From Phoronis australis (lineage: Eukaryota; Animalia; Phoronida), in NCBI GenBank assembly GCA_002633005.1, contig NMRA01000316.1, positions 336,194-392,522 on the forward strand: DNA of 56,329 nt, given 5' to 3'. The notes below the pieces were generated by a model. It had not been told where the DNA came from. It worked only from the letters and a program-made list of their open reading frames with translations, and searched no databases. Position 1 is the stretch's first letter. Every line of letters begins with the position of its first letter. A program made the translations under genes and the position numbers. This document shows, piece after piece, positions 1 to 13,904 of the stretch.

Positions 1-1319
1 GTAATATATTTTCGTGGTTTTACAATTGATACAAGTAGCAAAACAGCATATCTCCTCTGCACGGTACAAGCCTTCAAACCTAAAAACCAAAGGTTACGTG
101 AAAACTGACGTGATAGATTTCCATTTCAACGTGTAACAGATTGCCAGAAGACATATGATAGGGAGTAAACAAATAGTCTAATGCAATGGATATTTATCAC
201 TCACGTACCCTTTACCATTGGGATTGGATTGTAATCTTAACTCATTAACCTGTATCGAGTTGACAGCATAAACATTCAGCATTGATTGATGTAACTACCA
301 CTGATAAACTTTTAGAAATCATTCCAAACAATAATAATGCTTTGATGTACGAAAGATCCCGATTGCTACGTCAAATATCGTATCACATATCACAACATAT
401 AAAGATTAACCAGACTCTGGCTGGCGACTGACTGCCGCGAAGTCGACATCGGCGGTGCCTCAGTTAACAGGCATCGGTAGAATAATCATGGAATAATCGT
501 AAAAATAATCACAAACCTTACCTTTGTATGAGGTCGTGCTTACTTCCTCTCATAGAAGCACCCTTTTTATGCAATCTCAGATTCAGTTGGCACAGCTGCA
601 AGCCATTTCACCATGTATTGAAAGGGCTCGCGAAATCGAGGCTGTTAATCTATCACCACTAGTACACGCACGCCCTCTAGTTATTGAAGATTTTCCGAAT
701 AGCCCCATTTTTAGTGTGATTTAAAGTTTGGAGTTAAGCAGTACCATTTTTCTTGTATTGGTAATCTTAAGTTTTCATGCATGCATTTATTCTGTCATTT
801 GAACCCCGAGACCATTTAGGTGAAGTAAGATTAATGGTCCTGGAATTGATGCATTAAAATAATTTTGTCACATATGATGCACAGTTGTGAATGTTTGTGA
901 AAAGTCTATAATTAAACTAATTTACACTTGTTTGCAATGATCTATTTATATATTTATGCATTTTTACTGAACAATTTAATGTATGGCCTGTTGGTGGAAA
1001 TATATTTCTGTCAAATAGCAATGATTTTGTTGGGAGGATGTTTTTGTTTTATCACTGTGCTAATTCTCTCATTCCAATTCAAGTAACTGGCAAAGTTGTC
1101 ATTTTACACTTTTCAAAAGTCCCTGTGGTACTGCTAAAAATACTCAGAATTTCACCACGTTTGGTTGCAGTAGAAAATGAGCTGATAAGAAAGAAAGAAA
1201 AACATTCCATTTTCTTTTGGTTGAGAAATTAAATTTCAGTGTCGCTATGAATTTAATTAATTAATTAATTGATTTAAAAACGGTTTACTATGTATTGGTC
1301 ATATTTTGATTCTCTTCAG

Positions 1320-1496
1320 GTGCCAAACGCAAACTGTTGAAATGTAAGGACTGTGACTACTCGACAGTACACAGGTCACAGTATGTGGCCCACATGGTCA
1401 AACACACTGGTCAATACCCGTACAAGTGCGAAGAGTGTGGCCGCAAGTTTACTGCTAACTCTTCGCTGAAGCGTCACATTGAAGAGGTCCACCAAG
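1320..1496 (+). CDS. C2H2 zinc-finger protein, internal exon (fingers 1-2 visible in window); upstream exons not identified
   Basis: Acceptor tctcttcag|G at 1319/1320, donor caag|gtctgt at 1496/1497. Encodes CKDCDYSTVHRSQYVAHMVKH-TGQYPY-CEECGRKFTANSSLKRHIEEVH. The phase-1 end joins the next exon to give the VHQG-LKPF linker. Confidence 0.85.
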
Positions 1497-2619
1497 GTCT
1501 GTTCGTGTTATGGACTGTTTGTTACTCGTGGAAATGTGGTAAACCTATTATTTACAGTACAGCTCACAGTTTTTGAGCAACTGGTCATCTAAAACGCTCT
1601 AACCAGATTAGCAAAAAGATGCTAGGTGTGTGTAGCTTGGTCCACAATGCAGTCGTCACTTTGGTTGGAAATGAAATCTACAAGTTTTGGCTACTGATTG
1701 GAAGTAAATGCATGTCGTCAATCAAAATTTACTTGTATACAGTGAGCTGTTAGTGTTTTGTAAGGGTTTGCAGTTATTTTATACTACATCAAGTAGTGAT
1801 TCCTTTTTTCACAAATTGCAAAATTATGAAATTCATTGTTATCACTGACAAATATTGTTTCGTATATGTGACAAAAGCAAGGTTGGTGTGACCTATATCT
1901 GCCAAAAGCTCCAAAAAGCTGTAACAATTGCAACTTTCCTGTCCTGCGACCCTTTGAAAATTTTTTGTTATTACAAACAGTGAATTGGCATTGAACACGA
2001 ATCCATTCTCTGGGACGAGAATTGCTCATCCTTTTAAAATGTTTTCCATAGTGGAATTTGAAAAATGCCATTTTCTGTGTATCTGTATGGACAAGGAAAA
2101 CTTAGTTCCTGAAAACGCCGTATTTACTGTACAGTATATTTGTGGTCAGGTGAAAACACAACTTTTGGAAAATGATCATACATGCATTATTATATTGGTG
2201 TGAAGGGATAACTTTCAGCAAAATATAATGAAAAAGTTGTATTTTCTGTCGTATTAGCATATTTGTGTAGACTGAAAAGTTTTTAAAAGCGATATGATAC
2301 ATTGCCATGAGGGTGGAGAACGTCTTGGAAATTTTGCGTTTTCAAAAGAAAATGGGAGTTGTGTGGACAGTGCCTTAGACTAACAGTAACAACTGCTCGC
2401 GATAAAAATGGGTTTGCAAATGGATATTCGGCAGCCAAGAATTGGCTGTGAAAGCCTACGTTGAATTTGGCTGTGTTGTCTTTTAATGCTAATGTGTTAA
2501 AACTTGGCAGATCAGTTGGCTATTTTTCTTATGTTAGGCGACCCTTTACAGACTGGTCTGTTTAGCCAAAAGTTTGTGACCTATGCTGGAATGTACTTTT
2601 CGTGTAATATTTCTTTGGG

Positions 2620-3645
2620 TTCATGTCTTTCATGCCTTTCATTGCTACGTATTTTTATGAAATTTGGCAAATAAATTTCAATTAAGGAAGCAATGACATT
2701 TTCAGGTGGATTATTTTGTGGCCGCTTTTATCGTTTTTAGTCTGTTTTTGGCGTACGCCTCTCTGTCGGTCAAACCACTCTCAGGATGATGATAAAAATT
2801 GGCGTATAAGTTCATACTGGGAAGAGGGTGGCAATTTTTGTACGGCTCCGGCTGCTGTGGCGCCTCCTAGTGACAGTTTTGTTTTCTTTGGGTCGGTAGC
2901 TGAATCTCCAAAACCCTGCTCAAGATCTTTGTTAATTTTGGTATATTTGTAAGGTGGTGACAACGGATGATGACAATGTTTGCATGGATCTTATTACCGA
3001 TGTGCCCCCTAGTGGCATTTTATTTTTTTCCTTGTTCCTCTGTATTTGGAGTTCCTTGATGTTTTCATAAATTTGGCTAATAGGTTTAGAACTATTAATG
3101 AGACGATGACATCTTTTCGTTTTCAGATAGATTTGAGGTAGTTTACGCCTCCTGATGATCGTTTTTATTATGTTTTGAATTTGTTTTTGGCGTCCATCTC
3201 CAGGCTAACCACTCTCTGAAACAACATAAAATATTTTGTAAATGTGTCCCATTGGGAAGGGCATGGCTGATAATTTTTGTCCTGGTTTGACTACTGTGAT
3301 GCCCCCTAGTGGCAGTTTGGTTTTATCACATCCACAGCTGTTTCTCCTTGCAGTATGAGGAATTTGGCAAATATATTTCTATGAACGTGACAATATATGA
3401 TAATGTTTGGATGTAAGTGATTACCACTGTTACTCTAGTGCCACACATATTTTTTACAGCCTCTTGGAAGCTGTGTTCCCATCAAGGAGAGCAATGTTGA
3501 CTTGGTATGCACCCCCGTATAGGCTATTTTAAGCTTCCTCTGTTTATAGTGGGAATGTTTGGAATAGTAATCATCCCGTGTATCTGCTCTATATATGATG
3601 CACTGGGTGGGCGCATATCAACACCAATGTTACAGGGCGCATGGC
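2620..3645 (+). mobile_element. degenerate Helentron/HINE (pearl-like) non-autonomous element, family A
   Basis: ~150-bp subunits with gcgcctcctagtgac (2860), gtgccccctagtggc (3002) and atgccccctagtggc (3299). A 3' subTIR gtgggcgcat near 3608 matches the ends of the younger copies. Confidence 0.65.
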
Positions 3646-3716
3646 AACAATGAACCCCGCACCAGTCATGTATTGTGTGATTAGCATTCTTTTGACTATG
3701 TGTCTTTGCGTTGCAG

Positions 3717-3823
3717 GTCTTAAACCATTCCAGTGCGTATTTTGTTCAAAGGCATTCTACAATGCTGCTGGCCTTAAGTCTCACTCTACTACACACACAA
3801 AGGAAAAACCAAATCAATGCAAG
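3717..3823 (+). CDS. C2H2 zinc-finger protein, internal exon (finger 3 and first Cys of finger 4)
   Basis: Acceptor ttgcag|gt, donor aag|gtaaga. Encodes (G)LKPFQCVFCSKAFYNAAGLKSHSTTHTKEKPNQCK, phase 1 to phase 0. Confidence 0.9.
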
Positions 3824-5368
3824 GTAAGAAGGATTAAGATTTTAGATGGAATTAGCTTGGATCCTTCAACTGGCATTTTGCCAAAAATAAGTTTGTGTAG
3901 CGTGAACCAGCCTACAGGAAGAACATGGCTACGACACTCATAAACATAGTTGTCCTCAACACGGCTCATGGCTCACGGACCTGATGAACTCTGTTCATCA
4001 GCATACAAGCATATTCCAGCGACTGCAAAGTAACACGGTGCAGTTCTCACAAAATACAGCTTAAGCACCCAAAGGGCTTGTTCTTGTAAGTAAGGCAGTC
4101 AACAATCACTGGCCTTGAGCTTTTTGTGAAAAAAAAAAAACAAAAGAGACAGTTAACAAATTCATGTAGGTAAATCGAAGAATTTTTGGTGGACAGGATT
4201 TAAACAATCAATGCAATCTTTATTATCAGACGGTACCTGATGTTTTCAATATGGCAGCGGATCTGCTGTTGTCACGCGCCTGTGCCCAATGGCTAGCTGT
4301 CAGGCTAGCATTCAAAACTTGATGTATTGTAACATGTGGTTGCCTGCTGCTAGTTGTCTCGCTTTGGAGTATTCTTATCAACCTGACCAATCGATTTGAG
4401 TGTATTGCGTGATGGGATCTCACCCGGCTTTAGGTATTGTGCGTGGAGGGTCGAATTTTCATAGGTCAAGGTGATCGTGGCTTGAGGGTGTCTGGAGTTG
4501 AGGGGGTTGTGAGGTCCAGGGGTCGAGATGTTGTCTGAACAACTCCTCCAAAAAATAACAGTGATCCCTGAACGCCCAACACAGTGGGCCATTTTTGTGA
4601 GTCCAGGGGCAAGTTTTTAGGTGCATAATCATTGTTTTGTGAGCCCAGCAATCAGTGAATCCTGTTTGGCAACCGTAAAATCATGTCTGTTGGTCGGTGA
4701 CCTTAGTTTAACAAGCCTATGGGCTGTGTTTATAAGTGAAGAATCATGATCGTAAGTGTAGCGGCCATGTTGTTTGGGTGGCCTTTTCTACCAAGTTTGA
4801 AAGAAAGAGGTTTATTAGTAATATATATTGCCACATTGGCATGTCTGATCAAAGGGCAGATAAGCTACAAACGTTCACAAAGACATCTTACATATAATAA
4901 TAATAATTGACATAATATTAATGTACAGAATGCAAACCATACAGCTCATCTTCTGTTGTCTGACGAGCGTTCAGAAGCGAAATTTGTCCAGATGGTGGTC
5001 TGATCTGCCTTATTGGTCTGGGGGGTCTAATCTCCCAACTCGAAGTCGAGTTGGAGAATATTTTCTCATTTCTCATTTTCTGTAACTTTTGTACAAACTC
5101 AAGATAGTCTGTTTATTGTTCTTCACTTGAGTATTTAAGGGTTCGTGCAGATGAGTGATTTGTCGAAGTATGCACTTGATGACCCCTGGATTTGAGATAC
5201 AAACTCGAGTAAAGGCTGATTTTGAGTTTCAAGTTTAGACTTGCAGTTATAGCTTAATGCTCGGGTGGTCAAGTGCAAGTTAAGATTTGACAGTTATCCA
5301 CGTAAATCATGGCCACCTGTGAAATATGCACCCTTGTCCTCTATGGAAAAGTACCTTATTTGGTGTCA

Positions 5369-5900
5369 TTTTTATGCACTGTGTGCATGTATATTGCCGT
5401 CATCTCTTTCTGTGCGTCCAGGCATCTGACATCTGCTGTTGTTTCTCCTACACTCCTTTGAGGATCTTCATGAAAGTTGGCAGATGTGTTCCTTTGGTTC
5501 TGACGATAGATGAAGATGACCTTCGGCCGGATTCCTCTAGCAGTGTGCCCCCTAGAGGCAATTTTAGATTTTTTTCTGTTATCTTCAGAGTTCCTTTGGT
5601 AGATTTTCTTGAAATTTTGTACTAAGTAGGATTCTATTAAAAAGACAACGATGCCTTCTCATGTTTAGATGGATTTGAGGTATTTTGCACCAACTAGTGG
5701 CAATTTATTTTTGAGTTCACCTCTTCATCCACCTAATCATTCGAAGAATGCTAGTGAAAATTAGGAAATGTGTTCTTACTGTGAGGGGCATGTCTGGTTG
5801 GACGAGTTTGACTGCTGCCGCGCCCCCTAGTGGCAATGTTGTTGGCTTGTGGCTCAAGATCTACCAAGTTCCTTGAAGTACGTTTGTAAAATATGGCATT
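5369..5900 (+). mobile_element. degenerate family A HINE copy (5' part)
   Basis: 5' head tttatgc...attgccgtcatctct..gtcc resembles 25095 and 26166. Subunit motifs at 5545, 5686 and 5820. Confidence 0.65.
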
Positions 5901-5969
5901 ACAGTGTTCTGTCATTCAGTAACTTTTCCAGATGTGAGGGGTGCTGAACAAGCGATAACATCTGGCTCT

Positions 5970-6445
5970 TTTGTTAACTGTCCAGCTCAGTCTTTTGTCC
6001 CGTATGATAACAAGCAGGCCAATTATCTCCCAGGCTTCAAAGGAAACATATGATGGTTGCACACTAATGCATATGAACACAGTCAAACCCAGTGCGTTGG
6101 TATTGCGTTTGGACAGAATAGATTGTCTTAACTTCTGTTGGGCGATTTTGGTGATTCAAAAACAGAACATGATCAGCATTTGATGAGGAATTCAGAAATG
6201 CTATTGGTTTAAGCTCAAATATGTTATAACTTAACTTTCATTTTTATCAGCCCAGCCCAGTCAGGCTAGATACATGTACGATCTGATCGGAGATTAGAGC
6301 AATTATCGAACAAAAGAGCGCAGGCCCTCCAACCATAAATGCCAGAATGGAGTTAATCAGCCGTGTAAGATATTGACTACGGGGGTAAACTTACCAACTT
6401 GTTGTTGGGCTATAGAATCGAACAAGTTGGGAGCAACGGGATGTC
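5970..6445 (+). repeat. dispersed repeat family B, copy 1
   Basis: Aligns by eye to 15100-15358 (+) and to the reverse complement of 13905-14210, e.g. gcccagtcaggctaga...ggagattagagcaattatcgaacaaaagagc. Confidence 0.75.
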
Positions 6446-6519
6446 GCTGTCATGGTACATGTATATGTGTTCTTATTTATTAGCACGGCTGATGTAGATT
6501 TCCGGACGGGTCTGACTGT

Positions 6520-7218
6520 TGTTGCGTCCCCAGACACATGTATAATTATAGCCACTTGTTTTTTGTCTCTACCTCAGTCTCTGCCTCAGTATTAATAACA
6601 AGTTCCTTGATGGACCTCTGTCAAATATCTCTCTACATTGCTGTTGTGGAGAACACAGCTGACAATGATTTTGTGGCGAATCCTACTACTCTGGCATACC
6701 CTATTAGCAATTTCAGTTTTGTTTCCTTATGTCTCAATTTCTACCAAGTTTCTTTAGGAAATCTTACATATAAGCCTCAGTCTATGATTAAAATGACATC
6801 ACCTACCCCAGATCCAGTGGGTCAGCCATTTTTGCGCCCTCTAGAGTTCCATTTTATTATTTTTATGTTGTTTTTCTTTGGCGTCTGCCTCCCTATTTCA
6901 AAGTCTTTTGAAAGATCCTAGTGAAAATTGGCAGTTGTCTCCCCATGATGGAGGAGAGCATGGCTGACACTGATTTTCGGGCAGCTCTACTGCAGCCTCC
7001 CCTCATGGCAATTTTAGTTTTGTTTAGATTTGACTCAATATCTTCCAAGTTCTTTGATCTATCTTCATCAAATTTGTCGTACATACACATGCTCTGAATG
7101 AGAATATCCTGCACCTCTAATGTTGATTTTTGAATGACCACTTATTTTTTTTACCATTATGATTTCTGATACATATGGTGGATGCATACATGTATGAACC
7201 CTCTATGTTGCTCTTGTT
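6520..7218 (+). mobile_element. highly degenerate family A HINE copy
   Basis: Eroded subunits (tagcaatttcagtttt, gtgaaaattggca, catggcaattttagtttt) and a 3' end gtggatgcat...gttgctcttgtt like the family A terminus. Confidence 0.5.
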
Positions 7219-7328
7219 CTTTACTCAACAGTCAGAGTCCTTCTCCACTTGTTTGTCAATGAATAACTTGCTCTTTATTGACTCTTTCACGTTATGGAGA
7301 CAATATGAATATAGACACTGTAATACTG

Positions 7329-7615
7329 GGGTCCATTCCAAAAAACTGAATTGGCGAATACAAAGCTTTAATTTCAGTCAATTTTAAGATAAAACTTAAT
7401 TTTGTCTTGTGTCCATTTTAGGAATAAAGAGATCTTAAATTTGAGTTAAGTTTTTGACTTACGTTTTGTCTTAATTTTGACTAACTGACGGCATGTGGGA
7501 GTTTCAAAGTTTGGAAATTGAGACAATAGAGTTTCAACGTTTGGAAGTTGAGACAATATTTAGAGTATGACTTAAATCAAAAATGAACTGTAGTCAGTTT
7601 CTTGCAACGGGACCC
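7329..7615. mobile_element. PIF/Harbinger-like MITE
   Basis: Imperfect TIRs gggtccattccaaaaaactga and tcagtttcttgcaacgggaccc, with ctg at or next to both ends. Contains a ~30-bp tandem duplication (gagtttcaa.gtttggaa.ttgagacaata) at about 7498-7558. Confidence 0.55.
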
Positions 7616-7781
7616 TGTCTTTTGAATCTAGCTGCTCTTAAAACTTGGTCCTTGATTTTGTCTGAATTCATGGTGCTTATTTTGTGATGGTGTTTATCAC
7701 GATACTGAGTCACTCAAAGTGTGCTATGTGATGCAAATCATACATCACCTGATGTTTTACCTTGTACATTTAATCTTGCAG

Positions 7782-7926
7782 ACTTGTGGAAAGTCGTTCT
7801 CTTTGATCGGAAATTTGCGTCGTCATGAGCGTATTCATACTGGTGCTAAACCTTATAACTGCCAGCTGTGTGGGGCCTCATTCACAGACTATTCCAGCAT
7901 TAAGTACCACATGCTGAGGCACTCAG
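7782..7926 (+). CDS. C2H2 zinc-finger protein, internal exon (rest of finger 4, finger 5)
   Basis: Acceptor tcttgcag|act, donor tcag|gtgagt. Encodes [48 protein letters not shown], completing the CK|TC pair across the intron. Confidence 0.9.
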
Positions 7927-8368
7927 GTGAGTTGTATACAAAGAGGGCGATCTTCTTACCAAGCTGAATATATGCAGAGCCTCACCAAAAAGCCGATGAA
8001 AAAGAGATTAACAAAAACACTGCATATCTGGCACACATGGAATTTTGTCATTTTTTTGATCTGCAAAAAGACTGTTAAAATATTTTGATTTGATAACTCA
8101 GTTGTCTACAGAACACTGTCAGACTTTTCTTACACAAGCCAAGCTGCTTGCAATGTGAAACCTTTCTTTTTCAACATATTTGAAAATCCCGTAGCTGAAT
8201 GAGGTGCTGTGGACTTTGAGAATTGTGTAAGTTTGAACACTGCATCTTAGGTACAGGCTGGAGAACCTGAACAGTCAAATACATAACCATCCAATGTTCA
8301 TTGTTAGACATATAATTAATGGATAGTTTGTGTGAAGTTCTTCTTTGTGTATCGTTTCTTTTTACTAG

Positions 8369-10023
8369 GTGAGAAACCATACTTGTGCCATGTGTGTGAT
8401 AAACAGTTCTTTACGGCGTCGGACTTGAAACGACACTCTACCCGTCACGTCGACCAGCGTCCCTTTGACTGCTCCATCTGTGGGATGACCTTCAAAGTAA
8501 AGGGTACGTTGCTGAAGCATATTGAAGTCCACGACGAGTCTCGTCGCATGTGGAAGTGTAGCTATTGTGACAAGCAGCTTTGCAGTAAGGGCTCCTTGCG
8601 GACTCACGTGAAGACCACCCACGAAGGTGTGAAAGCCTATCAGTGCACGATATGCCAGAAGAGGTTCACATCGAAAATGTACTTGGAGCATCATCGCGTG
8701 GTGCACACACAGGAGAAACCCTATGCTTGCACTGTGTGCAGCAAGTCGTTTAGCCATCAGTCGAACCTGCGACGACATCAGCGCATACACTCCAGTAAGA
8801 TGCGCTATACATGTCGCTACTGTAACAAGGGCTTCAAGTACATTAACTCGTGGCAGTATCACGAGAAAAGCGTTCACCAAAAGGTGGCGCCCTTTTCGTG
8901 TGACACTTGCGGCTACAAGTTCAAAAGTCGTAACGGATGGACGGGACACAGATGCCGTGCAATACAACTGGAGGAGATTAATGGTGGGCATATTAAGGAC
9001 TTAGGAGATGCTGGTATGACTGGTGAGCAGACGACTCAAGCAAACACTAGGAGCTCAGGTGAAGGTGGTGATGTTACTGGCCGTCTCACTATGCCAGTTG
9101 AAACAAGATCACAGAGTGCCTCCGGCTCCAAAGGGGGAAACCATATTGTGAACTCTCGAAAAATTGAAAGACAGGGATTGTTGACTAAATTCTCAGAGCT
9201 ACCTTCCAATTCTAGGAAAAGAACATGTACCGCTGAAAAACGTGAGGGAGGTAGCACTGTAGGAAAAAAATGCGTGTTACAGCAAACGATACCTCGTAAG
9301 GGCTCATCAAAGAAAACTATGATGGTCCCAGGGCACAGTAGAATATCATCAAACTCCACGACAATTTCTAAAGAAAATGCTGATGATGAAAAAGAAACGC
9401 CAGTGTCAGATAGTGCAAAGGCTTGCACAGTAGTTTGTAGTGACCTCAATGATAGGAGTCAGATCGCAACTGGGGAGTTAATAAGTAACCAAGAACAGCA
9501 GAATTCAGTAATTAAATGCCAAGATTCATGCGGCTCTCTCCCAGGAACTGGAGAAACCATTCCAATTGAGCTTAACCATACTGATGTGTCTGTATCAGAG
9601 GCATGCGTTCTGCAGCACTCACAATCTACTATGCGATGTGCCAAGCGAAGAAAGTACAGTTATCCTTGTACGAGGATGCGACGTAGAAAACGGCGACGGT
9701 GTGTTGCTGACACTCCGTTAGATGGTGATGGACAGCCAGTCTTCCAAGTGGTTGTCAAGTCGGAACCGTTACTAGAGAACTGTGCTGACATTCAGTCGTA
9801 CTCGGACCACATCCAGCCTCATCGGGATGACTCATGCAGTGGAGGCGATGAGCAAAAAGTTACTTTCGGGTCAGGCTTTCTTTTGGCAGGTGAGGAAAGC
9901 CAAGTATTTTTTGGGGATGTTAGCAGTTTGGGTGAGAACAATGGAACATGTGCTGTAGAACCATTTGAAGAAGAGTTGCCTGTCTGTACCATAGAGGATG
10001 TCTGTAGTCTCAAGTGTTTGTGA
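8369..10023 (+). CDS. C2H2 zinc-finger protein, terminal exon (fingers 6-12, the last C2HC) plus a long low-complexity tail
   Basis: Acceptor tttttactag|gt giving the HSG-EKPY linker. Seven tandem CxxC...H...H/C fingers, a basic RMRRRKRRR stretch, and stop TGA at 10021-10023. Confidence 0.92.
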
Positions 10024-12106
10024 ATCCACTTAGAGGACATTTGTATTCTCGACTGCTCTCCAAAAAACTTGCAGTATTTGTGTTTATGACTGTTTTATGT
10101 TCTTTGAAAATGCAACTTTTCTGATTCCCAGCATATAGGTGTTACTATGGGGAATCAGAAATGTTGTGATTTCGGCAAATATTTTTTGAAGGAAGCCTTG
10201 GGTCTTTTTCCAAAACATGTATGTATGATCCGTTACTGTTATCATTATTATTGTTATTGTTAAGATCATGTTCCTCACTTACTGAGACACATTTGTAGAT
10301 TTTTGCTCTTTTTTCTTTTCTGATTTTGTCATTAGTTCTTGTTGTGAAAACTAGGCTCTGCTCATACCTGGAAGACTGGTGTCTTGAGGAAATTTGTTTT
10401 GACTTTTCATAGACTAGTCGTGAAATGAAATTAAACATGTGCTTTTTTCTGTCAAAAATAAATGTCAGTTACTGTTATGGAATTGGTATCAAGTTCTTCC
10501 TCACTGAAAGTTAGTGTGATTTCTGGGTTATTTGGTTATTTCTTTAGACCAAACTCACAAAATTTCAGGTCACAGGGTGTGCTGAAATTTTGTGAGCTTG
10601 GTCTGAAGCAAAACGACCTTTCAGTTCTGCTCGAGGTCAGAGGTCACTTTGAAAGTAAGTAAATAACAAGACAATACCAATTGTGTAGTGGTAAATAGCC
10701 TGAATCCAAACATGGACACATGACTGTGTATATGAGTAGCCCAGTGTTTCCTTTGTGTGCTACTGAGAGGTTAAAACCCCTAAACACCTGATAAATTCTT
10801 GCCCAGCTTTTTATAGGCTAAGGAGCAACCTACTGGATGGCACTGTTACATGCCTACTACAACATTTAGTGCGTGGCAACAAATGGAAACATCTGTCGGT
10901 TTTGTTAAAGTAGACTTACAGAATTGAAAACTTCCTTCAAGAAGAACCTGTTGATCGTTAATATGGCTCTCGCGAGTTTTAGCTTTGAGGTTTTGTGCAA
11001 TGGGCCCAACTATGTGGCCTACACATGGGTGATGTACTGCAAAAGACATCACACCACGTGTACTCTTTTTTTATTCAATACTTTTTCGACAAAAATTGTG
11101 GGTTTAGTGACTGTTCACTTCAAGAGTAACGGTTATAGTCAACAGTGCTGAGGGTTCAATAATAAGTTATAGTCAACAGTGTTGAGGGTACATGTATGCT
11201 TTGAATTATTTTAAATTCTAATCTGTACTAAAGTGCAATCATGTTTGTATTGTAGGAAGTGTGTGTACATCGTATGCGATGAGCTCCACAAGGGGTACAG
11301 TGTGGACTCATTTATCACAGATGCAGTAATTGTATTGATTTGATTTTAATTACTGTGTTTTTAAACTTGTGATTTGTTTCATGATTATGGCTTTTGAATG
11401 AAACGTTAATGCCTACAGTTATAGAGGTTGAATAACTTAATCACAAGAACGGTACCGCAGTTCCTTATGTTGTTGGTGGTTGCACAAGGCAGTGTTGCGT
11501 CTAATTTGTTTGGCAATGTGCCTTTGATTATTGTCCCCTGAATTAAATAAATTCCCACAGTCTGTAGGTGTTGACTCCGAGACTCCCCCGATACCTACAT
11601 GTATTAGAACTGCGGCACAATCGTGTAAATTGACTATTGTGGGACGCGAATTCTCCTCCTAAGCCTGCTGCCTCAGGTGTATTTTGATCATTTTCTTGTC
11701 TGTGTTCACTAAACGCTACAGTATGTGTCGCATTTTGTGTTTTCCTTGAAAATTGCTTATATATCATACCATGTGCAATCAAGTCTGTTGATCTCTTTTG
11801 TTCATATTGTCTTACCGTGCCATTTATTAGTTAGTTCGTGCATTTCGTTTTGCTTACCTGTGTATTGAATCTAAGTGCTTTTAGTGGTATTAATTAATTG
11901 TGTTGGTTGTGCTTGAACAGGGTTGATATAGTTGATGGTGTCGCGCACAAGTCTATTCCAGCCTAGTCTTAATATTATTTCAATTACAAATTATCCGCTT
12001 TATGATAAATGTTGTTGTTTCGTGCATTATGTTGATTTAGTACCTGTGACAGTTTTTTGTAGGAAATTATGTGGACGAACTGTGAATGTCAAAATTAAAC
12101 ACTGAT

Positions 12107-12112
12107 AATAAA
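12107..12112 (+). promoter_or_regulatory. candidate polyadenylation signal of the zinc-finger gene
   Basis: AATAAA followed by GT/T-rich ttggatttgtttattctgattgt, at the end of a TG-rich 3'UTR-like tract. An alternative AATAAA lies at 10457. Confidence 0.4.
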
Positions 12113-13750
12113 GCCTAACTTTGGATTTGTTTATTCTGATTGTACCCCTAGTGTGGTGGTAGGTGTTGTTTCAAGGAATTGTCATTTATGGTCACCAATA
12201 ATTGGTGAAAAAATCGTAGATAAATTCACTGAACTTTAGGAATTGGAAAACGAAAGCACACCACAGAACCCTTTTGGAATTTTGTTGATCCGTAATTGGC
12301 AAGTGACACATTCTTGTATTTCCGTTTATCTTTAGGGATATGAATGCAGTCGTCATTATTGACTCCTGCCATAAACTCTGTGACTGTTTCCCATACCTTG
12401 ATGAGCTGAGCTATGTGTAGGTTGCGGGTAAATGTGGTGACAAAGATACGCGTTGGTATGACTGGTCGTGAGCTCCATTCACCCTGGGAGACATGGAAGG
12501 GTTCTAGTCGGGACGGAGTAATATATCTTATGGGACGTGTGTCCACTGGTTGGCTTCTAGCGCGATCCGTATGCCAATCTGAGTGTTTTCACGAAAGACC
12601 TCGCCCTGGTCGGCTGGCCACTGGTACCCGCAACTGTCGGACTATAAGTACGTACATGTACGTGCTGACTGGTAAAGCCGTTCGCGGAATTTGCATTTGA
12701 GTCATATTTTTCCATTCCGGCCAAAGTTGTCCGTTTCTGCCCGTACCAGAACTGTTTCGAACGTACTCAAAAATAGCACTACCCGTAGCCTGCCTAAATA
12801 GAGTGACAGGATCCCTGGGTCTAATTTTAGCCTGGGCGGGGCCGGGCCGCGCACCGCGTCCTGTGCGCGTAAACAAAGTCAATTGCATCATGCGCGTTAT
12901 GATTGTCATTGCTAGCAAACTCCGGCTAACCAGCGCACTTAAACTGTTAGAATTTCTCCTGATTTTGCATTGAATGACACCAATTAGATTCATAATTGTA
13001 TAAAATTTCTACGCGCAGAGCATTCTGCTGAGCAAAACAACAATTTTGCGATGTGGGAGTCTACGAAGTGTATTGCAGATTCCAGCTGGGAATTGATATA
13101 TTTGATCAAAGTTGCAGACGAAATCACGCATATTTAAATGCGAGAGCTCTCAAAATTGGAATCTGAAAAAGGCAGACACAGAACTTATAGACTAGCTACA
13201 GGTCCTAAACATTTGCCCACTGGATAGATTTTATGCCCTGGCTCGGATGTGATCCGATATTAACTAGCTGACCCTCATAACTTATGTTGGACGTTCTCTC
13301 CTGTGAGGAAGTTGGATTTTGCCCTCATAATTTGGTGTTCAACTGGCGAACGACTCTGCAGTCGTAAAATCGGGCAATGGGTACACGCTAGTCTTCAACT
13401 CGCAATTTTCATAGGGTTGAACCGCTCCAAGCCTGAAGCGTTTTCTTGTGTAGCTTGTCATTTCGATATCCTTGCCGGAACAACGAGAAGAATCCATTAA
13501 TCACGGCAAAAGGTCATGACAAAAGAGTATTATGGCCTAATTCGAGTTTCGAGTAGCCAGGTAAATAACCTGGGTGGACGGCAGCTTGCCCGGGCCTTGT
13601 TTATCGATATATGCATGTTCAGTTGATTGTTTTTCGTGCGACCGGGTTCGTTCTCCATCGGTTGCATTCGTGAAGCCATTACGATAATGATTTCCGCGTG
13701 GGTCAGAGGACTGACCGTTTTTGTTCGAGTTCCAGTGCTGTAGTGGTAAA

Positions 13751-13763
13751 ATCAGAGGTAAGT
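13751..13763 (+). promoter_or_regulatory. candidate splice donor of a non-coding first exon of the RING E3 gene
   Basis: Consensus gag|GTAAGT at 13758 inside a CpG-rich stretch (about 13500-13920). The first coding exon at 18273 starts with an acceptor, so an upstream exon is required. Confidence 0.3.
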
Positions 13764-13904
13764 AGGTGCCCAAAGCCCACCGTGTCACCTTAAGCACGTA
13801 ACGTAACTTTCGGTGCGCAGGCGCTTACGTGATGACTAACGTTAAAGTGCCAAAAGGTGGTTGGCTGCGCCTACGACGGTGCGTCTACTGCATTACGACG
13901 TTTT

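Noticed and set aside
8365-10040. Antisense and alternative-frame ORFs over the zinc-finger exon, and likewise over the RING and orphan exons
   Set aside because: They are shadows of the real coding frames and have no independent motifs.
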